Assembly (NCBI GenBank): GCA_048940925.1
Contig: JBHLOC010000007.1
Location: 1 to 64,000, forward strand
DNA: 64,000 nucleotides
DNA from: Promethearchaeota archaeon
GTDB taxonomy: Archaea; Asgardarchaeota; Lokiarchaeia; Sigyniarchaeales; SOKP01
Reading direction: 5' to 3'
Under the pieces are notes generated by a model, which saw nothing but the letters and a program-made list of their open reading frames with translations, made no database searches and was not told the DNA's origin. The translations under genes were made by a program, and so were the position numbers. This document shows positions 40,021-50,736 of the stretch, piece after piece (the first letter of the stretch is position 1; each line of letters opens with the position of its first letter).

Positions 40021-40257
40021 AAAGAAAATCTCTAACTCCATTATGGCATATAGGTAAAAGTAATAAAATGAATTCTTTTTTTTTTTAATTAGTTTAAAAA
40101 TATTGAATTGGTTGGTGAATAGATATATTGATCTTACTAATTATATTCGAATCGACTATTTCAGTCAACCCTGTAACACCATTTTTAGTGAAACCTTTAA
40201 TTAAAACAGAACTTAATCTTTATCAACCTATTTCATAATTTGAACAATATCTAATAA

Positions 40258-41028
40258 TCACTTAAATCCTTGACAAAATTCATTTACATTTTTAGGTAAT
40301 ACGCTATGATTGTATCCTCCTTCTAATAAAGCATATCGTCTTCCCTTACACAATTTTTCTGAATATTTCTTCATTAATCTACCTAATTCATAATAATCTT
40401 CAGGATATAATAAATTGCCCCAATCTTCAATTCCTTGGTCGAATCCTGCGCTTGCGACAAAAATATCAATATCATGCAAATCTTGCATATATGTTTCTAC
40501 TTCTTTGATATAATTAATATGACTATTTGAACTAGGATTAAGAATTTTTACTCTAAAATCATCATCTCTATTTGTTAAGATATTTATATTACCATCACCT
40601 GTATGAAGGTCAAAGTCTAGTACAAAAGCAGAATTAATTTTACTTTCTGAATACAATTTCAAAAGACTTATACTAACATTATTAAAAAAACAAAAACCCC
40701 AACAAGAATCTGCTGATGCATGATGACCAGGAGGTCTTATAACAGCAAAGGAATGATTGCCATTATAACCTTCTTGTGCGGCTAAAATCGCTCCACCTGC
40801 TGCTAATGACGCTAATTCAAATAATAATCCATTTCTCTTTATATTTTGAAAATGTCTTTTAGTATGAGCCCTTAAAATATCTTCTTCAACTGCAGGAGTA
40901 GGTGTTATTATTTCATATTCTTTTTTACGCGATAAAATATCAATAATTCCTTCCAATCGTCCTGGAGAAGCAGCAGGATCGCCAGCATATGCAGAGTTAA
41001 AATAACTTTCATGAAATACTATTTTCAT
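40258..41028 (-). CDS. Histone deacetylase-family (Zn-dependent) amidohydrolase
   Basis: 'RPPGHHA', 'GFCFFNN', 'DFDLHTGDG', 'SAGFD', 'LEGGY'. Confidence 0.93.
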   Translation of the reverse strand: MKIVFHESYFNSAYAGDPAASPGRLEGIIDILSRKKEYEIITPTPAVEEDILRAHTKRHFQNIKRNGLLFELASLAAGGAILAAQEGYNGNHSFAVIRPPGHHASADSCWGFCFFNNVSISLLKLYSESKINSAFVLDFDLHTGDGNINILTNRDDDFRVKILNPSSNSHINYIKEVETYMQDLHDIDIFVASAGFDQGIEDWGNLLYPEDYYELGRLMKKYSEKLCKGRRYALLEGGYNHSVLPKNVNEFCQGFK

Positions 41029-41234
41029 ATTTTTTCTGACTCTTTTTATTTTGATTTCGAATTACATTTAGAATTGTATAAAAGGAATATGAATATTATT
41101 GTTTTCTTTATTTCATAAAGATGCCTAAAAACCAGGATGAATTAAATAGTTATACAGGAAATGAAAGATTGAATATTATTTTTATAAAATTTCAGAACTG
41201 ATAATATAAAAAAAATAGATATTATAATTTAACT

Positions 41235-41990
41235 TTAACTTTTTCCATATTTTTTGAATATTATGATCCCAAGAAAGATGATAAAAACGCTTATTATTGA
41301 TAATATTGTCAGATTAATCCATAATGTTAATTCTGTTAATGGAACTCCTTCAAGAAAAATCAAATTCAATGCATCGGTAACATAATAGCTTGGTAGAATA
41401 TATGCAATCATTCTTGTGGCATCATTTAAAGGAACAAAAGTACCAAAAAACATCTGTGGAAGTATAAAGATAAATGATAACGCAGTAGCAGTTCCCGCAC
41501 TTTTCGCAATAGTACTACATATAAGACCAAATCCAACTGAGCATACAGAGAGAACTATTACAAAAATAAATGCAATTAAGAACCCCACAGCGTTTCCTTC
41601 AGGTCTAAAACCAATAAGAACTGAACAAACTGCCACGATTACTACCTGTATGATAGAAAGTATTGTGTTTGAAATAATATGACTTCCCATAAACTCTCCA
41701 GAGGTAGTAGGAGTAACATTTATTCTCTTCAATAGTCCTTGTTCGCGATCATCCGTAAAAGACTGAGCTACCATCATTGTTATAAATATACATGCGTATG
41801 CGAATAAACCTGGTGCCATATAATCAAATTGGTTTTTTCCTGGTACTCCGGAAGGGATCGTTCCAAAAGCTAATCCAAAAACTAATGTAAGCATAGCAGG
41901 AAACAGTATCATCATAAATAAATATGCTGGTTCTCTTATTACCTTTTTTAATTCCATTTTCACTAAAGATAATATAATTTTCAGGTTCAC
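41235..41990 (-). CDS. ABC-2 type transporter permease
   Basis: 6 TM, 'DREQGLLKRINVTP', 'ILPSYY'. Confidence 0.9.
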   Translation of the reverse strand: MNLKIILSLVKMELKKVIREPAYLFMMILFPAMLTLVFGLAFGTIPSGVPGKNQFDYMAPGLFAYACIFITMMVAQSFTDDREQGLLKRINVTPTTSGEFMGSHIISNTILSIIQVVIVAVCSVLIGFRPEGNAVGFLIAFIFVIVLSVCSVGFGLICSTIAKSAGTATALSFIFILPQMFFGTFVPLNDATRMIAYILPSYYVTDALNLIFLEGVPLTELTLWINLTILSIISVFIIFLGIIIFKKYGKS

Positions 41991-41992
41991 TT

Positions 41993-42799
41993 TTAAATCC
42001 CCTCCAATATTCTCCTACCTGTTATTTTCAAAAAGACTTCTTCTAAATTTTTAGAATCGTGCTTCTCCATTAATCTTTTAGGTGTATCAAGAGCGATTAG
42101 TTCACCGTAATCTATAATGCCAACTCTGTCAGAAAGTGCTTCAGCTTCTTCAATATAATGGGTAGTTAAAATTATGGTTTTATTTTGATTTTTAAGAGAT
42201 CCAATAAATTCCCAAACCTTTCTACGAGCTCTTGGATCCATCCCTACGGTTGGTTCATCAAGAAATACAATTTTTGGATCGTGAATTAAAGCAGTAAGAA
42301 CATTTAATTTACGAATCATACCTCCACTATATCCTTTAACTTTTCTTTTAATTTCATCTTCAAAATCTAATAATTCTAAGAGATATTCTTTTCTCTCTTT
42401 TATTCTGGTTTTTGACATTCCATTTAAACTACCAAATAATTCTAAATTTTCATCACCGGTGAGGAATTTATAAAGGGCGGCTTCTTGGGGGCAAACGCCT
42501 ATTAATTCTTTAATAGAATTAAGATTTTTTTTTACATCATATCCGCCTATTATAGCGGTTCCCTTCGTTGGTTTTATTAAACCATTAAGTATGTTTATTG
42601 TAGTTGTCTTACCTGCACCATTAGGACCTAAAAGGCTGAATAATTCACCACTCTCAATTTCCAAATTCAAGTTATTAACTGCTATTACCCCATTATATCT
42701 CTTTACTAAATTTTTAACTTTTATACCATATCCCGCATTGGGGTCAACGACATCTTCAGGTACTATTGATAAATATCGGTAATTTTTTCTTATTGACAA
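41993..42799 (-). CDS. ABC transporter ATP-binding protein (DrrA-like)
   Basis: Walker A GPNGAGKT, signature YSGGM, Walker B VFLDEPT, H-loop TTH. Confidence 0.95.
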   Translation of the reverse strand: MSIRKNYRYLSIVPEDVVDPNAGYGIKVKNLVKRYNGVIAVNNLNLEIESGELFSLLGPNGAGKTTTINILNGLIKPTKGTAIIGGYDVKKNLNSIKELIGVCPQEAALYKFLTGDENLELFGSLNGMSKTRIKERKEYLLELLDFEDEIKRKVKGYSGGMIRKLNVLTALIHDPKIVFLDEPTVGMDPRARRKVWEFIGSLKNQNKTIILTTHYIEEAEALSDRVGIIDYGELIALDTPKRLMEKHDSKNLEEVFLKITGRRILEGI

Positions 42800-42961
42800 T
42801 TTCTTAACACCTCTTTTATTTACTTTTTTAAATTATATTTTAATTCTTAGTTAATTAGTAAAACTCAAGGTTTGAGTTTAATTTGTCTAGATAATTAATA
42901 AAACTAATGCTAAGTGCTTAGTTGATATATTAGAACAAAAATGCACTTATTTTGGGCGATT

Positions 42962-42981
42962 TTTCACCCTATAAGGTGAAA
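42962..42981. promoter_or_regulatory. Palindromic operator candidate TTTCACC-N6-GGTGAAA
   Basis: Perfect 7-bp inverted repeat upstream of the ABC operon and next to a tandem AsnC regulator. Confidence 0.55.
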
Positions 42982-43141
42982 GATTGTACCTCCCAAACAT
43001 ATAAATTATAAGAAAAACCTCTTGAAATATCGGTTTAAATGGATTTGTAATAATTTATATTTAAATAACTTTTAGGAAAAAGGTTCTGATTTTTATTATT
43101 GCCAGATTAAATTAAAGAATAATTTTTCAACTTTTAGAATC

Positions 43142-44077
43142 TTAAAGAGAGGAAGATTTAATCTCACGTACTTTATCATCTAAATATTCATTAATCCATG
43201 TTGAATACATTTTACCCTCTATCAGTATAGTTACATCTACAGATTCAAAATTTTGTTCCATTAAATCAGTTTCTATATCTTGAAGTTCTTTCATTGACTG
43301 AGTCCATACAAAAATTATAATTAGCTTGGGTAAATTACTAAAAGTCCATGTAAATACAATCTTTTGGCCATATTTTTGACGCAAATCTCTTAAAAGAACA
43401 TTTTCATCAGTTTCCATATCGCGTTTAATATTAAGTATAATAAAGGAACAAATATCTGAAGTTTTGTCGGGATACCAATCCACTGTGAAAAGAATTGAAT
43501 ATTGTTCAATTAAATCTTCTAAGTGCCTTCTAATTGTCTTAGAAGAATATCCTAACTCTCTTGCTATTTCAGAAATCGGTTTACGAGAGTTAGCTTTTAG
43601 AGAGTAAATAATTAGATAATCTAATTGAGATAATATAGATTTTTTGGTTCCCTTCAATAAATTTGCTGGCGAATTTTTATCCAGTCCTATTGTGAGTGTA
43701 TCAATTTCACCTTTTTCTCTCACAAAGGAGACAAGAGAATCTAATCCTGCAAAACTTCTGATATACGAATGAATATATATTAAATTGCCACTTGCTTGAG
43801 TGACATTATAAATGCTATCATGTTTTCCCAGCCTGTCCATTAAATTTTTCTTATCTTTTACTTTTGTTCTACCAAACATCAACACATTAATAGTTTCAGG
43901 AAAATAGGAAAAACCTAAACGTGTTTTAAAATTCTGAATAATTCCTAAATCTACCAGTGATTTTACACGTTTATGAACGGAATTGACACTCATATTAAAT
44001 TTATCTGCAAGATCTGTATAAGAGGTGCGAGAATTTGCCATTAACATCAATGATATGGCCAAATCAATTTCATCCAT
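43142..44077 (-). CDS. Tandem (double) Lrp/AsnC-family transcription regulator
   Basis: 'MDEIDLAI..LMANSR', 'SVNSVHKRV', second HTH 'NSRKPISEIA', 'WTFSNLP' shared with the 23959 paralog. Confidence 0.9.
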   Translation of the reverse strand: MDEIDLAISLMLMANSRTSYTDLADKFNMSVNSVHKRVKSLVDLGIIQNFKTRLGFSYFPETINVLMFGRTKVKDKKNLMDRLGKHDSIYNVTQASGNLIYIHSYIRSFAGLDSLVSFVREKGEIDTLTIGLDKNSPANLLKGTKKSILSQLDYLIIYSLKANSRKPISEIARELGYSSKTIRRHLEDLIEQYSILFTVDWYPDKTSDICSFIILNIKRDMETDENVLLRDLRQKYGQKIVFTWTFSNLPKLIIIFVWTQSMKELQDIETDLMEQNFESVDVTILIEGKMYSTWINEYLDDKVREIKSSSL

Positions 44078-44145
44078 AAGATAGTAATCTTTAGTTTAAA
44101 TTTAAAATTTATGTCAAAAAATGGTGTAAATTTAAGTAGAGCATC

Positions 44146-45090
44146 CTACAATCGCTTACTTAGTATCTCGATCATATCTTTAGTCATAGAAGAAAGATCA
44201 TAGGAAGGATCCCATCCCCACTCTTCGCGTGCTAATGAATCATCTATTGTTTTAGGCCATGAATCAGCTATCTCTTGGCGAAAATCAGGTTTATACTCAA
44301 TTTCAAATTCTGGAATATATTTTTTAATTTCATATGCTAATTCACCAGCAGAAAAACTTATACCAGTTACGTTATAGACACGATGGTTTAATTTTGAATT
44401 ATCTGCTTCTAAAAGATCAATCATACTTTTTAAGCAATCAGGCATATACATCATAGGTAAGATTGTATCTTTTTTAAGGAAACAAGTATACTTTTTATTT
44501 TTAATTGCTTCATAAAATATCTCTACAGCATAATCAGTAGTACCTCCTCCAGGTAGGGCTTCACTGCTTATAATCCCTGGTAATCGCATTGATCGAACGT
44601 CTAGTTCATATTTTTTATAATAGTATTCTGCTAGAAGTTCTCCTGAAACCTTAGTTATTCCATACATAGTAGTTGGTTGCAAAATAGTTAATTGGGGGGT
44701 ATTATCTCTTGGAGTCGTAGGACCAAAAGCAGCTATAGAACTCGGCCAAATTATATTCTTAACATTATAATTTCTGCTGGCTTCAAGAACATTGATTAGT
44801 CCATTCATATTTATATCCCATGCAGTTTGAGGTATCTTTTCTCCAGTTGCGGAAAGAATTGAAGCCATATGAAAAACTGTATCAATTTCATACTCATATA
44901 AAACTCGTGAAAGATGTTTTTTATCCAAAACATCTAGATAAATAACTGGTCCAGACTTTTTGATCATCTCTGGAAGTGGAGTTCGCCTTCCAGTAGCTAT
45001 GACATTATCATTTCCGTATTGTTCTCTCAAAGTGGGAACTAATTCACTTCCTATTTGTCCAGCAGCACCTATAACAATAATTTTTCTCAT
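44146..45090 (-). CDS. tdh: L-threonine 3-dehydrogenase (extended SDR type)
   Basis: 'GAAGQIG', 'LSATGE', 'PSSIAAFG', 'YGITK', 'PGGGTTDYAV', 'ADSWP'; divergent from kbl. Confidence 0.92.
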   Translation of the reverse strand: MRKIIVIGAAGQIGSELVPTLREQYGNDNVIATGRRTPLPEMIKKSGPVIYLDVLDKKHLSRVLYEYEIDTVFHMASILSATGEKIPQTAWDINMNGLINVLEASRNYNVKNIIWPSSIAAFGPTTPRDNTPQLTILQPTTMYGITKVSGELLAEYYYKKYELDVRSMRLPGIISSEALPGGGTTDYAVEIFYEAIKNKKYTCFLKKDTILPMMYMPDCLKSMIDLLEADNSKLNHRVYNVTGISFSAGELAYEIKKYIPEFEIEYKPDFRQEIADSWPKTIDDSLAREEWGWDPSYDLSSMTKDMIEILSKRL

Positions 45091-45271
45091 TTTTTATGTC
45101 CACTAACTTCGGAAATTTTTGTATGAATCATAATTTAGTCAATAAAAAAAGCTTTTGCGTATTTTTTCCCATTTATTTCCCTTTAATATAATAGGTAAAA
45201 CTAAAATATATGACAGAATACCTTTAAATTATTGAATTTTTCAATTGATCAAATAACGTAAAGGTGTTAAA

Positions 45272-46459
45272 ATGAAGAGAGATCCTGTTGCTTTTCTTAA
45301 GGAGGAAATGACTGAATTAAGAAACAATAATTTAGAATGGATTATAAGATATCTTGAAAAAAGTTCCAAACCTCATTCTATGGTTGACGGAAAGGAAGTC
45401 CTAATGCTTAATACCAACAATTATCTTGGTTTAGCAACACACCCAAAAGTAATCCAAGCATCTATAGAGGCTACTAAAAAATATGGTGCCGGTGCTGGTG
45501 CTGTGCCAGTTATAGCCGGCTCTTTTGATTTAACAAAGCAATTCGAAGAAAAATTTGCACAATTTAAAGAAGTTGAAGCCTCATTATTATGTCAAACTGG
45601 ATTTGCTGTTAATTCAGGTCTGATTCCGATGCTAGTTGGGAAACCAGATATCGTTGTCTCAGATGAATTAAACCATGGATCAATTATAGATGGTGTTAGA
45701 TTATCAGGTGCTAAAAGAATTATTTATAAACATTGTGATATTGGAGACTTAGAAAGACAATTAAAGGAAGCAGAAAAAGGAGGTGCAAGAAGAATTTGTA
45801 TTATTACTGATGGTGTTTTCAGCATGGATGGTGATATAACACCGCTAGATGATATCGCCAGAGTTGCTGAAGATTTTGGAGCTATGATTTTCGTTGATGA
45901 TTGTCATGGTGAAGGAGTCCTTGGAGAAGGGCGAGGCATTGTTTCACATTTTAATTTGCAAGGAAAGGTTCATGTAGAGGGTGGATCAATGAGTAAAGGT
46001 TTTGGTGTTTTTGGAGGAACTGTTGCCGGTTCAAAGGATTTAATTGAATTTTGTGCGAACAAAAGTCGGACATATCTTCTGAGTACTGCACATCCTCCTG
46101 GTGTTGTAGCAGCTAATAAAGCGTCTATTGAGGTAGTTGAAAGTGAACCTGAACATGTGCAAAAAGTCTGGGAACATACAAATTACTTCAAAAAAGAAGT
46201 TCAAAATATGGGATATAATACAGGAAACTCACAAACTCCAATTATTCCCTTAATAATAGGTGACCCTGGTAAGGCTCAAGAACTTGCTCGAATTTTATTT
46301 GAGGAAGAGTCAATCTATGGAACACCTATAGTTTTTCCTATGGTAGCAAAAGAATTATCTCGAATCCGAGTCCAAATGAACGCATTACTCACTAAGGAAG
46401 ACTTAAATATGGCTTTAAGGGCTATAGAAAAAGTAGGCAAAAAGTTAGATATTATTTAA
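45272..46459 (+). CDS. kbl: 2-amino-3-ketobutyrate CoA ligase (glycine C-acetyltransferase)
   Basis: 'NNYLGL', 'SDELNHGSIIDG', 'DGVFSMDG', 'DDCHG', PLP lysine 'SMSK'; paired with tdh. Confidence 0.88.
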   Translation: MKRDPVAFLKEEMTELRNNNLEWIIRYLEKSSKPHSMVDGKEVLMLNTNNYLGLATHPKVIQASIEATKKYGAGAGAVPVIAGSFDLTKQFEEKFAQFKEVEASLLCQTGFAVNSGLIPMLVGKPDIVVSDELNHGSIIDGVRLSGAKRIIYKHCDIGDLERQLKEAEKGGARRICIITDGVFSMDGDITPLDDIARVAEDFGAMIFVDDCHGEGVLGEGRGIVSHFNLQGKVHVEGGSMSKGFGVFGGTVAGSKDLIEFCANKSRTYLLSTAHPPGVVAANKASIEVVESEPEHVQKVWEHTNYFKKEVQNMGYNTGNSQTPIIPLIIGDPGKAQELARILFEEESIYGTPIVFPMVAKELSRIRVQMNALLTKEDLNMALRAIEKVGKKLDII

Positions 46460-46659
46460 TTTTTCTTTATTTTTTTTTTACGTTTATATTTGTAATTTCT
46501 GCTTAATTTTTTACCATCTTATTAAATATTATATAAAGATTCCACTTGCAAATTTACAAAAAAGTAAGAATTATATAATATTTCAATTAATTGAAATTTG
46601 ATTTTTTTTTTCAGAATAAGAAATTCCAATAAAAAATATAAATAAAAAGAAGTAAAAAA

Positions 46660-47070
46660 ATGACTGAAATTAAAAAAATTACTAAAATATCAATCTTAGT
46701 ATACGGTATCGTTTGTTTAGTATTTGCTATATATCTCATATTTTTTCTTGACATTTTCCTTGCCGTAGTTGATATGCCTGAGTGGCAAAATCCCTATCAC
46801 CCAAGAATGTTTGGTGGAGCAATGTTAGTGGTGGTACTTTTCGCATTATTAGTATTTTTCAAAAAGGATTGGGAAAGGGAAAAGATTAAACTGGGATATG
46901 AGCTTTTGTATTTCTGGTTAATAATTAATATAATCATGGAAAGTTCACTGCTTGCCATATATGTTTCAGAACTCTCTCTTGGAGCTCTTTTTGAGAATAT
47001 CTTAGATATTATCATAATGGCCATACTTTTAGTTCTGGGTGTTTACGCTTATATTAAACAGAGAGAATAA
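46660..47070 (+). CDS. Hypothetical 4-TM membrane protein
   Basis: Four TM segments, 'PRMFGG'. Confidence 0.7.
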   Translation: MTEIKKITKISILVYGIVCLVFAIYLIFFLDIFLAVVDMPEWQNPYHPRMFGGAMLVVVLFALLVFFKKDWEREKIKLGYELLYFWLIINIIMESSLLAIYVSELSLGALFENILDIIIMAILLVLGVYAYIKQRE

Positions 47071-47137
47071 AGATAATGTTAAAATTATTCTTAATTAATC
47101 TTTATTTATTTTAAAATAATCTTAAAACTTATTGAAG

Positions 47138-47722
47138 TTATAAAGGTTTACATAATATTGCTTTAACTCTCAAATTTTTAAAGTTACTGGTTGGTGCGGG
47201 TTTTATTAGACAAACTGTATCTGCACCTCTTCCTGTACCTCCTACAGCAATTATATCTCTCTCGAGGTCAGGAATCAATCCTGCATCACAAATAGTAGAG
47301 GAAATTTCGATACATACTTTAATGCCTTGAGAAAATTGCCACCCTAACAGTTTCGCTAACAAATCTACAAATATCCATGCTTCTTTTTGTATTCTTAATC
47401 CCCTTTCAATCCCACTCATGGCATGAGTGCCAATATGAAATTTTAATCCCTTTTTCTTTAGATTTTCAAGTTTTTCTGTAGGAAATTCTTGTCTAACAGT
47501 AGTATTGACAAAATAATAAGCATGGGTTACGACCATTATATTGTAAATTTCTGTATCGAATATCTCTGATGCTTTTTCAGCAGTTGTGCCAGTTGTGCTT
47601 GCAATTACAATATCTTTTATATTAAACTGATCAGCATATTTTTTTGCAATTTCAAGAGCTTTTTCTGTATTATGCGCTCCTGGTTTTTCGAAATAGACAA
47701 CTTCAATATTTAAATCTGCCAT
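47138..47722 (-). CDS. Stand-alone pyruvate-kinase C-terminal-like domain protein (MTH1675-like)
   Basis: 'YFEKPG..NT', 'ASTTGTTA', 'QGIKVCIE', 'GGTGRGADT'. Confidence 0.85.
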   Translation of the reverse strand: MADLNIEVVYFEKPGAHNTEKALEIAKKYADQFNIKDIVIASTTGTTAEKASEIFDTEIYNIMVVTHAYYFVNTTVRQEFPTEKLENLKKKGLKFHIGTHAMSGIERGLRIQKEAWIFVDLLAKLLGWQFSQGIKVCIEISSTICDAGLIPDLERDIIAVGGTGRGADTVCLIKPAPTSNFKNLRVKAILCKPL

Positions 47723-47848
47723 ATCACATCAAAATTTTTTCTTTTTATATTTAGATTTTTTTTTCTTTTAGGATAGATTATGATTCTAATTAAATGAATA
47801 TTTTTGAAGTTGAAGTTCTTCTAAAAAAGATTTGATAGAAATTTTTTT

Positions 47849-49135
47849 TTATTCTTTAATTTCACTAATATTTTCTTCCAAAACCTCATTAACTAAATTT
47901 TCTATTCTGAGCCAATCAATTGGAAAGATCCAATCACTGTCTTCTGGACAATACTGGGTTAAAACTATAGTTATCACTTGATTTGCAGGATCAATATTAA
48001 AGAATGTATTAAACGCTCCACCCCAATTATAATTTCCAATTCCACTTCGCGACATGTTATCTGCTATTTTTACCATTACACCCAATCCAAACCCATATCC
48101 TTCGCTTCTCTTTATTGCTTCGGGATCTTCGTATTTAATAAACTGCATATCCAGAAAATTAATATTATTTGGTAATTGATTAGAAGTCATCATCTTAATA
48201 GTATTCTTCGATACAATTTGTTTATTTTTATATCTTCCTCCATTTAGCATCATTATACAGAATTTCATGTAATCTTCTAATGTGGATACTAATCCACCTC
48301 CACCTGATAAGTACTTGATCCTATGTTTGAATCCCTCATAAATTGAACCTTCTACTTCAATTAATTTGTCTTCTTTATTTTTTGTATATACTTTTGTTAG
48401 TCTTTCCCATTTTTCGTGAGGAACATAGAAATCAGTATCATTCATACCTAGTTTATCAAAAATGTGTCTTTTAAGAAAAACATCCAATTTATTTCTTGAA
48501 AGAATTTCAATTAGATAACCCAAGATTTCATGACTAAATGCATACCACCAATGTGTTCCTGGTACGAAAGCAAGGGGGAGAATCGCTAAACGTTTACTAA
48601 ACTCATCTAATGGGGGCATTATGGGAAACATTTCTAATTTTGTTTTTAATCTATTTTCACCAGTAAAGCCAAATTCTTCTCCATATAGCTTGTCAACAGG
48701 GATTTCATTAGGATAATCACCATAACTAAGTCCAGATGTATGAGTAAAAAGCTGTCTAATAGTTATAGGATTCTTAGTTTTTTCAAGGACAACTTTACCT
48801 GTTTTATAATCATAAGATTTCAATACTTTAAGATCTTTAAACTCAGGAAGATGATTCTGAAGTGGATCATCTAAATCATATTTTCCCTGTTCATAAAGAA
48901 TTAAAGCAGCTAAACAAGTAATCGGTTTAGTCATCGAATATATTCGGAAGATATCATCAAATGCAATAGGGATCTGATTCTCTTTATCTTTCCAGCCAAA
49001 TTTATTACAATATACTATTTTGTTTTGATGATAAATTGCGCAAAGAACGCAACCAGTTATATTATCATCTATATATCTCTGAAATTCATCTGATATTTTT
49101 TTAAAAGCTACAGGATTGACTTTTTTTATTTTCAT
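47849..49135 (-). CDS. Beta-lactamase-fold serine hydrolase (family VIII esterase-like)
   Basis: SxxK 'YSMTK', 'LFTHTSGL', 'PGTHWWY', 'GGGGLVST', 'WGGAFNT'. Confidence 0.92.
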   Translation of the reverse strand: MKIKKVNPVAFKKISDEFQRYIDDNITGCVLCAIYHQNKIVYCNKFGWKDKENQIPIAFDDIFRIYSMTKPITCLAALILYEQGKYDLDDPLQNHLPEFKDLKVLKSYDYKTGKVVLEKTKNPITIRQLFTHTSGLSYGDYPNEIPVDKLYGEEFGFTGENRLKTKLEMFPIMPPLDEFSKRLAILPLAFVPGTHWWYAFSHEILGYLIEILSRNKLDVFLKRHIFDKLGMNDTDFYVPHEKWERLTKVYTKNKEDKLIEVEGSIYEGFKHRIKYLSGGGGLVSTLEDYMKFCIMMLNGGRYKNKQIVSKNTIKMMTSNQLPNNINFLDMQFIKYEDPEAIKRSEGYGFGLGVMVKIADNMSRSGIGNYNWGGAFNTFFNIDPANQVITIVLTQYCPEDSDWIFPIDWLRIENLVNEVLEENISEIKE

Positions 49136-49320
49136 TTAAAGGAAGTAAGTAATTCTGATTTATATTACTTTATCAAAATTCGTAGATAAAATCTGCCAAT
49201 AGAATGAACTTTTTTGAAGTCAATGTCATTCTAAATAAGTATTGATATAGTTTTTAATAGATTAAAATTTTAATACATATAATTATTATCTTATTAAAAT
49301 TTTTTATTAAGGGATATTAA

Positions 49321-50736
49321 ATGAGTGAAGAACAAGAGAAAAATTTGAAAAAAAAGGTAATCTTTGGACTTTCAGCGTTCCCAGATCAGCTAACGTATCA
49401 AGCTTTTACTATATATGTTTTTACTTTTTATTTTGCTGTGGTTGGGCTTTCTATGCTTGATATGTGGATTGGATTTATTATATGGGGATTTTGGAATATG
49501 ATTAATGACCCTCTCTTAGGAACATTAAGCGAAAGAACTAAGCAGAAAGGCAGACTTGGAAAGAGGAAATTTTATTTGATAATTTCTTTTGTTCCTTTAT
49601 CTTTAATGATGATATTTCTGTTTACTACTCCGACCAGCTTCAAGTTCATTTATTTTCTTATTATAATTTTTACTTTTGAATTCTTTTACACTATGTTTTC
49701 AGTAAATAATAATGCTGTGTTCCCCGAAATGTTTCCAACCGAAAATGAAAGGGCTACAACGAATATTTTTATAAAGATATTTACTATGATTGCAGTGATC
49801 TTAGCATCAATAATTCCAACATTTATTGTTGATCCATTGGTACCGACTTCTTATCCTCCCGATCCAGCAGAAGCAACAAACATACAATCAATGTACATTA
49901 CAGCGGGAATTGTTCTCTGCATTATTGTTGCTTTAATGGCATTTTTATTTATCTTTTTTGCGGTGGAAGAAAAGAGTGAGGATGTTTCTGATTTTGAAAA
50001 AAGACCTGGTTTTTTCGAATCTCTAAAAATTACATTTTCAAATAGAACCTTTGTAAAATTTACTATAGGAAATATGCTTATTTGGTATTGTTTTAATTTA
50101 CTATTAACTACATTTCCACTATATGCTGTGTTCGTTCTTGGAAGAACAACAGGTTCATTACTAATTGGAATAACATTGATGCTTGCACTTGTTTCTGCTG
50201 CGATATTTGTGCCGATCCAAACTAAAATAAGGTCAAAAGTAGGTACACGTAATGGATTGATGATTGGGTTAGGAATTTGGATTATTACATTGTTTCCTTT
50301 AACTCTATTATCTAATAATGACATAAGTAGAACAATGTCATTTCTGATATTTGCTAGTTTAGGATTTGGGATATCCTCTGCATTGTTTTATATCGATCTA
50401 ATCCATGGAGATGTAATTGATCAAGATGCGCTTAATTTTGGAGTAAAAAGAGCTGCTAGTTATTATGGAGTTAATGCATTTATTCATAGATTTTCCATCA
50501 TAATTGCTATAACAACAATCGCTTTTATATTTTCAGGAACTGGTTGGAGTGAATATGTACCTGTTACTGCAAATCCTGCTTTAACAGTTCTTGGTTTAAA
50601 ATTACTAATGTTTCTTTTTCCATCAATAGCACTTATCGGCTCTATTATATGTTTCAAACTATATGAATTACATGGTGAGAAGCTTAAAAACATGAGAGCT
50701 GAATTAGAAAAACATCCAGAATTAAAGCCACAATAA
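49321..50736 (+). CDS. MFS glycoside-pentoside-hexuronide (MelB-like) symporter
   Basis: 'NDPLLG.LSERT...LGKRK', 12 TM, 'DVIDQD'. Confidence 0.9.
   Translation: MSEEQEKNLKKKVIFGLSAFPDQLTYQAFTIYVFTFYFAVVGLSMLDMWIGFIIWGFWNMINDPLLGTLSERTKQKGRLGKRKFYLIISFVPLSLMMIFLFTTPTSFKFIYFLIIIFTFEFFYTMFSVNNNAVFPEMFPTENERATTNIFIKIFTMIAVILASIIPTFIVDPLVPTSYPPDPAEATNIQSMYITAGIVLCIIVALMAFLFIFFAVEEKSEDVSDFEKRPGFFESLKITFSNRTFVKFTIGNMLIWYCFNLLLTTFPLYAVFVLGRTTGSLLIGITLMLALVSAAIFVPIQTKIRSKVGTRNGLMIGLGIWIITLFPLTLLSNNDISRTMSFLIFASLGFGISSALFYIDLIHGDVIDQDALNFGVKRAASYYGVNAFIHRFSIIIAITTIAFIFSGTGWSEYVPVTANPALTVLGLKLLMFLFPSIALIGSIICFKLYELHGEKLKNMRAELEKHPELKPQ

Noticed and set aside
39706-40257. Long gap considered as an ncRNA or SECIS element
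   Set aside because: Explained by the acyl-CoA ligase remnant; no convincing stem-loop and no in-frame UGA selenoprotein upstream
47849-49135. Antibiotic-resistance beta-lactamase
   Set aside because: No signal peptide; the motifs fit cytoplasmic family VIII esterase-like hydrolases
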